Shown: piece by piece, positions 54,501-64,000 of the stretch
Layout of the letters: each line of letters begins with the position of its first letter
How positions within the stretch are numbered: position 1 is the stretch's first letter
From: Paragordius varius
Taxonomy: Eukaryota > Animalia > Nematomorpha
Assembly: GCA_964247055.1 (NCBI GenBank)
Contig: OZ176054.1
Coordinates: forward strand, 62,001-126,000
Length of the DNA stretch: 64,000 nt
Direction of reading: 5' to 3'
Made by a program: the position numbers and the translations under genes
Notes under the pieces: model-generated
Database searches by the model: none
Told to the model about the DNA's origin: nothing
What the model saw: only the letters and a program-made list of their open reading frames with translations

Positions 54501-57500
54501 CTAAAATCCAAATTTGATCAGGTGATGTCACCATATTTTTTTTGGGTAGCCCTATGGTAGTTCCATCATCACCCCAAATATTTTCGAGATCGGAGTATAA
54601 ATGTAATTTTTATAAATTTTTAAATATTTAAAAAATTTATTTTATACGATTTTAAAAATAAAAATGGCTACCTAAAATCCAAATTTGATCAGGTGATGTC
54701 ACCATAATTTTTTTTGGGTAGCCCTATGGTAGTTCCATCATCACCCCAAATATTTTGGGGATCGGACTATAAATGTAATTTTTATGAATTTTTTAAATAT
54801 TTAAATTTATTTTATACGATTTTAAAAATAAAAATGGCTACCTAAAATCCAAATTTGATCAGGTGATGTCACCATAATTTTTTTTGGGTAGCCCTATGTT
54901 AGTTCCATCATCACCCCAAATATTTTGGGGATCGGAGTATAAATGTAATTTTTATGAATTTTTTAAATATTAAAAAAATTTATTTTATACGATTTTAAAA
55001 ATAAAAATGGCTACCTAAAATCCAAATTTGATCAGGTGATGTCGCCATAATTTTTTTTGGGTAGCCCTATGGTAGTTCCATCATAACACCAAATATTTTT
55101 GAGATCGGACTTTAAATGTAATTTTTATGAATTTTTTAAATATTTAAAAAATTTATTTTATACGATTTTAAAAATAAAAATGGCTACCTAAGATCCAAAT
55201 TTGATCAGGTGATGTCACCATAATTTTTTTTGGGTAGCCCTATGGTAGTTCCATCATCACCCCAAATATTTTCGAGATCGGAGTAAAAATGTAATTTTTA
55301 TGAATTTTTTAAATATTTAAAAAATTTATTTTATACGATTTTAAAAATAAAAATGGCTACCTAAAATCCAAATTTGATCAGGTGATGTCGCCATAATTTT
55401 TTTTGCGTAGCCCTATGGTAGTTCCATCATCACCCCAAATATTGTGGAGATAGGAGTATAAATGTAATTTTTATGAATTTTTTAAATATTTAAAAAATTT
55501 ATTTTATACGATTTTAAAAATAAAAATGGCTACCTAAAATCCAAAATCAGGTGATGTCACCATAATTTTTTTTGGGTAGCCCTATGGTAGTTCCATCATC
55601 ACCCCAAATATTTTGGGGATCGGAGTATAAATGTAATTTTTATGAATTTTTTAAATATTTAAAAAATTTATTTTATACGATTTTAAAAATAAAAATGGCT
55701 ACCTAAAATCCAAATTTGATCAGGTGATGTCACCATAATTTTTTTTGGGTAGCCCTATGGTAGTTCCATCATCACCCCAAATATTGTGGAGATCGGAGTA
55801 TAAATGTAATTTTTATGAATTTTTTAAATATTTAAAAAATTTATTTTATACGATTTTAAAAATAAAAATGGCTACCTAAAATCCAAATTTGATCAGGTGC
55901 ACCATATTTTTTTTTGGGTAGCCCTATGGTAGTTCCATCATCACCCCAAATATTTTGGGGATCGGACTATAAATGTAATTTTTATGAATTTTTTAAATAT
56001 TTAAAAAATTTATTTTATACGATTTTAAAAATAAAAATGGCTACCTAAAATCCAAATTTGATCAGGTGATGACGCCATAATTTTTTTTGGGTAGCCCTAT
56101 GGTAGTTCCATCATCACCCCAAATATTTTCGAGATCGGAGTATAAATGTAATTTTTATGAATTTTTTAAATATTTAAAAAATTTATTTTATACGATTTTA
56201 AAAATAAAAATGGCTACCTAAAATCCAAATTTGATCAGGTGATGTCACCATATTTTTTTTTGGGTAGCCCTATGGTAGTTCCATCATCACCCCAAATATT
56301 TTGGGGATCGGACTATAAATGTAATTTTTATGAATTTTTTAAATATTTAAAAAATTTATTTTATACGATTTTAAAAATAAAAATGGCTACCTAAAATCCA
56401 AATTTGATCAGGTGATGACGCCATAATTTTTTTTGGGTAGCCCTATGGTAGTTCCATCATCACCCCAAATATTTTCGAGATCGGAGTATAAATGTAATTT
56501 TTATGAATTTTTTAAATATTTAAAAAATTTATTTTATACGATTTTAAAAATAAAAATGGCTACCTAAAATCCAAATTTGATCAGGTGATGTCACCATAAT
56601 TTTTTTTGGGTAGCCCTATGGTAGTTCCATCATCACCCCAAATATTTTCGAGATCGGAGTATAAATGTAATTTTTATGAATTTTTAAATATTTAAAAAAT
56701 TTATTTTATACGATTTTAAAAATAAAAATGGCTACCTAAAACCCAAATTTGATCAGGTGATGTCACCATAATTTTTTTTGCGTAGGTCTATGGTAGTTTC
56801 ATCATCACCCCAAATATTTTGGGGATCGGACTATAAATGTAATTTTTATGAATTTTTTAAATATTTAAAAAATTTATTTTATACGATTTTAAAAATAAAA
56901 ATGGCTACCTAAAATCCAAATTTGATCAGGTGATGTCACTATAATTTTTTTTGGGTAGCCCTATGGTAGTTCGATCATCACCCCAAATATTTTCGAGATC
57001 GGAGTATAAATGTAATTTTTTTGAATTTTTTAAATATTTAAAAAATTTATTTTATACGATTTTAAAAATAAAAATGGCTACCTAAAATCCAAATTTGATC
57101 AGGTGATGTCGCCATAATTTTTTTTGCGTAGGTCTATGGTAGTTTCATCATCACCCCAAATATTTTGGGGATCGGACTATAAATGTAATTTTTATGAATT
57201 TTTTAAATATTTAAAAAATTTATTTTATACGATTTTAAAAATAAAAATGGCTACCTAAAATCCAAATCTGATCAGGTGATGTCACTATAATTTTTTTTGT
57301 GTAGCCCTATGGTAGTTCGATCATCACCCCAAATATTTTCGAGATCGGAGTATAAATGTAATTTTTATGAATTTTTTAAATATTTAAAAAATTTATTTTA
57401 TACGATTTTAAAAATAAAAATGGCTACCTAAAATCCAAATTTGATCAGGTGATGTCACTATAATTTTTTTTGGGTAGCCCTATGGTAGTTCCATCATCAC

Positions 57501-60500
57501 CCCAAATATTTTCGAGATCGGAGTATAAATGTAATTTTTATGAATTTTTTAAATATTTAAAAAATTTATTTTATACGATTTTAAAAATAAAAATGGCTAC
57601 CTAAAATCCAAATTTGATCAGGTGATGTCGCCATAATTTTTTTTGTGTAGCCCTATGGTAGTTCCATCATCACCCCAAATATTGTCGAGATCGGAGTATA
57701 AATGTAATTTTTATGAATTTTTTAAATATTTAAAAAATTTATTTTATACAATTTTAAAAATAAAAATGGCTACCTAAAATCCAAATTTGATCAGGTGATG
57801 TCACTATAATTTTTTTTGGGTAGCCCTATGGTAGTTCCATCATCACCCCAAATATTTTCGAGATCGGAGTATAAATGTAATTTTTATGAATTTTTTAAAT
57901 ATTTAAAAAATTTATTTTATACGATTTTAAAAATAAAAATGGCTACCTAAAATCCAAATTTGATCAGGTGATGTCGCCATAATTTTTTTTGCGTAGCCCT
58001 ATGGTAGTTCCATCATCACCCCAAATATTGTCGAGATCGGAGTATAAATGTAATTTTTTTGAATTTTTTAAATATTTAAAAAATTTATTTTATACGATTT
58101 TAAAAATAAAAATGGCTACCTAAAATCCAAATTTGATCAGGTGATGTCACCATATTTTTTTTGGGTAGCCCTATGGTAGTTCCATCACACCCCAAATATT
58201 TTGGGGATCGGACTATAAATGTAATTTTTATAAATTTTTAAATATTTAAAAAATTTATTTTATACGATTTTAAAAATAAAAATGGCTACCTAAAATCCAA
58301 ATTTGATCAGGTGATGTCACCATAATTTTTTTTGGGTAGCCCTATGGTAGTTCCATCATCACCCCAAATATTTTGGGGATCGGACTATAAATGTAATTTT
58401 TATGAATTTTTTAAATATTTAAAAAATTTATTTTATACGATTTTAAAAATAAAAATGGCTACCTAAAATCCAAATTTGATCAGGTGATGTCACCATATTT
58501 TTTTTGGGTAGCCCTATGTTAGTTCCATCACACCCCAAATATTTTGGGGATCGGACTATAAATGTAATTTTTATAAATTTTTAAATATTTAAAAAATTTA
58601 TTTTATACGATTTTAAAAATAAAAATGGCTACCTAAAATCCAAATTTGATCAGGTGATGTCACCATATTTTTTTTGGGTAGCCCTATGGTAGTTCCATCA
58701 TCACCCCAAATATTTTGGGGATCGGAGTATAAATGTAATTTTTATGAATTTTTTAAATCAAAAAATTTATTTTATACGATTTTAAAAATAAAAATGGCTA
58801 CCTAAAATCCAAATTTGATCAGGTGATGTCACCATAATTTTTTTTGGGTAGCCCTATGTTAGTTCCATCATCACCCCAAATATTTTGGGGATCGGAGTAT
58901 AAATGTAATTTTTGAATTTTTTAAATATTTAAAAAATTTATTTTATACGATTTTAAAAATAAAAATGGCTACCTAAAATCCAAATTTGATCAGGTGATGT
59001 CACCATATTTTTTTTGGGTAGCCCTATGGTAGTTCCATCATCACCCCAAATATTTTGGGGATCGGACTATAAATGTAATTTTTATAAATTTTTAAATATT
59101 TAAAAAATTTATTTTATACGATTTTAAAAATAAAAATGGCTACCTAAAATCCAAATTTGATCAGGTGATGTCACCATAATTTTTTTTGGGTAGCCCTATG
59201 GTAGTTCCATCATCACCCCAAATATTTTGGGGATCGGAGTATAAATGTAATTTTTATGAATTTTTTAAATATTAAAAAAATTTATTTTATACGATTTTAA
59301 AAATAAAAATGGCTACCTAAAATCCAAATTTGATCAGGTGATGTCGCCATAATTTTTTTTGCGTAGCCCTATGGTAGTTCCATCATAACACCAAATATTG
59401 TGGAGATCGGAGTATAAATGTAATTTTTATGAATTTTTTAAATATTTAAAAAATTTATTTTATACGATTTTAAAAATAAAAATGGCTACCTAAAATCCAA
59501 ATTTGATCAGGTGATGTCACCATAATTTTTTTTGGGTAGCCCTATGGTAGTTCCATCATCACCCCAAATATTTTCGAGATCGGAGTAAAAATGTAATTTT
59601 TATGAATTTTTTAAATATTTAAAAAATTTATTTTATACGATTTTAAAAATAAAAATGGCTACCTAAAATCCAAATTTGATCAGGTGATGTCACCATAATT
59701 TTTTTTGGGTAGCCCTATGGTAGTTCCATCATCACCCCAAATATTGTGGAGATCGGAGTATAAATGTAATTTTTGAATTTTTTAAATATTTAAAAAATTT
59801 ATTTTATACGATTTTAAAAATAAAAATGGCTACCTAAAATCCAAATTTGATCAGGTGATGTCACCATAATTTTTTTTGGGTAGCCCTATGGTAGTTCCAT
59901 CATCACCCCAAATATTTTGGGGATCGGAGTATAAATGTAATTATTTTGAATTTTTTAAATATTTAAAAAATTTATTTTATACGATTTTAAAAATAAAAAT
60001 GGCTACCTAAAATCCAAATTTGATCAGGTGATGTCACCATAATTTTTTTTGGGTAGCCCTATGGTAGTTCCATCATCACTATAAATATTTTCGAGATCGG
60101 AGTATAAATGTAATTTTTATGAATTTTTTAAATATTCAAAAAATTTATTTTATACGATTTTAAAAATAAAAATGGCTACCTAAAATCCAAATTTGATCAG
60201 GTGATGTCACCATAATTTTTTTTGGGTAGCCCTATGGTAGTTCCATCTTCACCCCAAATATTTTGGGGATCGGACTATAAATGTAATTTTTATGAATTTT
60301 TTAAATATTTAAAAAATTTATTTTATACGATTTTAAAAATAAAAATGGCTACCTAAAATCCAAATTTGATCAGGTGATGTCGCCATAATTTTTTTTGGGT
60401 AGCCCTATGGTAGTTCCATCATCACCCCAAATATTTTCGAGATCGGAGTATAAATGTAATTTTTATGAATTTTTTAAATATTTAAAAAATTTATTTTATA

Positions 60501-63500
60501 CGTTTTTAAAAATAAAAATGGTACCTAAAATCCAAATTTGATCAGGTGATGTCACCATAATTTTTTTTGGGTAGCCCTATGGTAGTTCCATCATCACCAT
60601 AAATATTTTCGAGATCGGAGTATAAATGTAATTTTTATGAATTTTTTAAATATTTAAAAAATTTATTTTATACGATTTTAAAAATAAAAATGGCTACCTA
60701 AAATCCAAATTTGATCAGGTGATGTCACCATATTTTTTTTTGGGTAGCCCTATGGTAGTTCCATCATCACCCCAAATATTTTCGAGATCGGAGTATAAAT
60801 GTAATTTTTATGAATTTTTTAAATATTTAAAAAATTTATTTTATACGATTTTAAAAATAAAAATGGCTACCTAAAATCCAAATTTGATCAGGTGATGACG
60901 CCATAATTTTTTTTGGGTAGCCCTATGGTAGTTCCATCATCACCCCAAATATTTTCGAGATCGGAGTATAAATGTAATTTTTATGAATTTTTTAAATATT
61001 TAAAAAATTTATTTTATACGATTTTAAAAATAAAAATGGCTACCTAAAATCCAAATTTGATCAGGTGATGTCACCATAATTTTTTTTGGGTAGCCCTATG
61101 GTAGTTCCATCATCACCCCAAATATTTTCGAGATCGAAGTATAAATGTAATTTTTATGAATTTTTAAATATTTAAAAAATTTATTTTATACGATTTTAAA
61201 AATAAAAATGGCTACCTAAAACCCAAATTTGATCAGGTGATGTCACCATAATTTTTTTGGGTAGCCCTATGGTAGTTCCATCATCACCCCAAATATTTTG
61301 GGGATCGGACTATAAATGTAATTTTTATGAATTTTTTAATTTAAAAAATTTATTTTATACGATTTTAAAAATAAAAATGGCTACCTAAAATCCAAATTTG
61401 ATCAGGTGATGTCGCCATAATTTTTTTTGGGTAGCCCTATGGTAGTTCCATCATCACCCCAAATATTGTCGAGATCGGAGTATAAATGTAATTTTTTTGA
61501 ATTTTTTAAATATTTAAAAAATTTATTTTATACGATTTTAAAAATAAAAATGGCTACCTAAAATCCAAATTTGATCAGGTGATGTCGCCATAATTTTTTT
61601 TGCGTAGGTCTATGGTAGTTTCATCATCACCCCAAATATTTTGGGGATCGGACTATAAATGTAATTTTTATGAATTTTTTAAATATTTAAAAAATTTATT
61701 TTATACGATTTTAAAAATAAAAATGGCTACCTAAAATCCAAATTTGATCAGGTGATGTCACTATAATTTTTTTTGGGTAGCCCTATGGTAGTTCGATCAT
61801 CACCCCAAATATTTTCGAGATCGGAGTATAAATGTAATTTTTATGAATTTTTTAAATATTTAAAAAATTTATTTTATACGATTTTAAAAATAAAAATGGC
61901 TACCTAAAATCCAAATTTGATCAGGTGATGTCACTATAATTTTTTTTGGGTAGCCCTATGGTAGTTCCATCATCACCCCAAATATTTTCGAGATCGGAGT
62001 ATAAATGTAATTTTTATGAATTTTTTAAATATTTAAAAAATTTATTTTATACGATTTTAAAAATAAAAATGGCTACCTAAAATCCAAATCTGATCAGGTG
62101 ATGTCACCATAATTTTTTTTGTGTAGCCCTATGGTAGTTCGATCATCACCCCAAATATTTTCGAGATCGGAGTATAAATGTAATTTTTATGAATTTTTTA
62201 AATATTTAAAAAATTTATTTTATACGATTTTAAAAATAAAAATGGCTACCTAAAATCCAAATTTGATCAGGTGATGTCACTATAATTTTTTTTGGGTAGC
62301 CCTATGGTAGTTCCATCATCACCCCAAATATTTTCGAGATCGGAGTATAAATGTAATTTTTATGAATTTTTTAAATATTTAAAAAATTTATTTTATACGA
62401 TTTTAAAAATAAAAATGGCTACCTAAAATCCAAATTTGATCAGGTGATGTCACTATAATTTTTTTTGGGTAGCCCTATGGTAGTTCCATCATCACCCCAA
62501 ATATTTTGGGGATCGGACTATAAATGTAATTTTTATGAATTTTTTAAATATTTAAAAAATTTATTTTATACAATTTTAAAAATAAAAATGGCTACCTAAA
62601 ATCCAAATTTGATCAGGTGATGTCACTATAATTTTTTTTGGGTAGCCCTATGGTAGTTCCATCATCACCCCAAATATTTTCGAGATCGGAGTATAAATGT
62701 AATTTTTTTGAATTTTTTAAATATTTAAAAAATTTATTTTATACGATTTTAAAAATAAAAATGGCTACCTAAAATCCAAATTTGATCAGGTGATGTCACT
62801 ATAATTTTTTTTGGGTAGCCCTATGGTAGTTTCATCATCACCCCAAATATTTTCGAGATCGGATAAATGTAATTTTTATGAATTTTTTAAATATTTAAAA
62901 AATTTATTTTATACGATTTTAAAAATAAAAATGGCTACCTAAAATCCAAATTTGATCAGGTGATGTCACCATAATTTTTTTTGGGTAGCCCTATGGTAGT
63001 TCTATCATCACCCCAAATATTTTCGAGATCGGAGTATAAATGTAATTTTTATGAATTTTTTAAATATTTAAAAAATTTATTTTATACGATTTTAAAAATA
63101 AAAATGGCTACCTAAAATCCAAATTTGATCAGGTGATGACGCCATAATTTTTTTTGGGTAGCCCTATGGTAGTTCCATCATCACCCCAAATATTTTCGAG
63201 ATCGGAGTATAAATGTAATTTTTATGAATTTTTTAAATATTTAAAAAATTTATTTTATACGATTTTAAAAATAAAAATGGCTACCTAAAATCCAAATTTG
63301 ATCAGGTGATGTCGCCATAATTTTTTTTTGGTAGCCCTATGGTAGTTCCATCATAACCCCAAATATTTTTGAGATCGGAGTATAAATGTAATTTTTATGA
63401 ATTTTTTAAATATTTAAAAAATTTATTTTATACGATTTTAAAAATAAAAATGGCTACCTAAAATCCAAATTTGATCAGGTGATGTCACCATAATTTTTTT

Positions 63501-64000
63501 GGGTAGCCCTATGGTAGTTCCATCATCACCCCAAATATTTTCGAGATCGGAGTATAAATTTAATTTTTATGAATTTTTTAAATATTTAAAAAATTTATTT
63601 TATACGATTTTAAAAATAAAAATGGCTACCTAAAATCCAAATTTGATCAGGTGATGTCACCATAATTTTTTTGGGTAGCCCTATGGTAGTTCCATCATCA
63701 CCCCAAATATTTTCGAGATCGGAGTATAAATTTAATTTTTATGAATTTTTTAAATATTTAAAAAATTTATTTTATACGATTTTAAAAATAAAAATGGCTA
63801 CCTAAAATCCAAATTTTATCAGGTGATGTCGCCATAATTTTTTTTGGGTAGCCCTATGGTAGTTCCATCATCACCCCAAATATTTTGGGGATCGGACTAT
63901 AAATGTAATTTTTATGAAGTTTTTAAATATTTAAAAAATTTATTTTATACGATTTTAAAAATAAAAATGGCTACCTAAAATCCAAATTTGATCAGGTGAT
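51567..64000 (+). repeat. Shuffled, largely monomeric domain with no strict higher-order period
   Basis: Private variants (GCGTAGGTC, TTCGATC, GATGACGCC, CACCATATTT, TTGTGGAG) recur at irregular spacings. GGGCTA-type monomers were not seen after ~52.9 kb. Confidence 0.7.

Larger units (their letters stand above)
1..64000 (+). repeat. Tandem satellite DNA array, ~173-bp monomer, ~370 head-to-tail copies; extends beyond both window ends
   Basis: The motif ATGGCTACCTAAAATCC recurs at 15, 188, 361, 533, 706 ... 63794, 63967 (spacing mostly 169-173 bp). No inversion or unique insertion was seen. The consensus has 46 G+C in 173 bp. Confidence 0.99.

Noticed and set aside
1-64000. Protein-coding gene or repeat-encoded protein
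   Set aside because: The monomer length is not a multiple of three, and the AT-rich half is dense in stop triplets on both strands. No long ORF was evident.
1-64000. CRISPR array (conserved repeat alternating with a variable part)
   Set aside because: The variable parts are point variants of a single sequence rather than unique spacers, the period of 173 bp is too long, and no cas genes or leader are present.

Overview
The whole 64 kb window is one uninterrupted head-to-tail array of an AT-rich (~27% GC) satellite DNA with a ~173-bp monomer (about 370 copies, all in one orientation). I found no gene, RNA gene, transposon insertion, CRISPR array or unique sequence. Consensus: ATGGCTACCTAAAATCCAAATTTGATCAGGTGATGTCACCATAATTTTTTTTGGGTAGCCCTATGGTAGTTCCATCATCACCCCAAATATTTTGGAGATCGGGCTATAAATGTAAATTTTATGAATTTTTTAAATATTTAAAAAATTTATTTTATACGATTTTAAAAATAAAA. 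The monomer has a ~104-bp half of ~40% GC carrying nested inverted repeats, and a ~69-bp half of ~94% AT carrying a perfect 24-bp palindrome. Size, composition and organisation resemble a eukaryotic (peri)centromeric or heterochromatic satellite, but I cannot name the species or family. The information lies in the variant pattern: nested higher-order repeats (an old ~8-mer, a 12-mer in four copies, a near-identical 45-mer/7,754-bp tandem duplication), long-range duplicated blocks 15.5 kb and ~37 kb apart, an amplifying 126-bp deletion monomer, many doublet substitutions, a small-deletion hotspot on a mini-hairpin, and a left-to-right turnover of monomer haplotypes. All comparisons were made by eye using diagnostic variants, so offsets may be off by a few bases. 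I see no evidence for a new protein-coding system.
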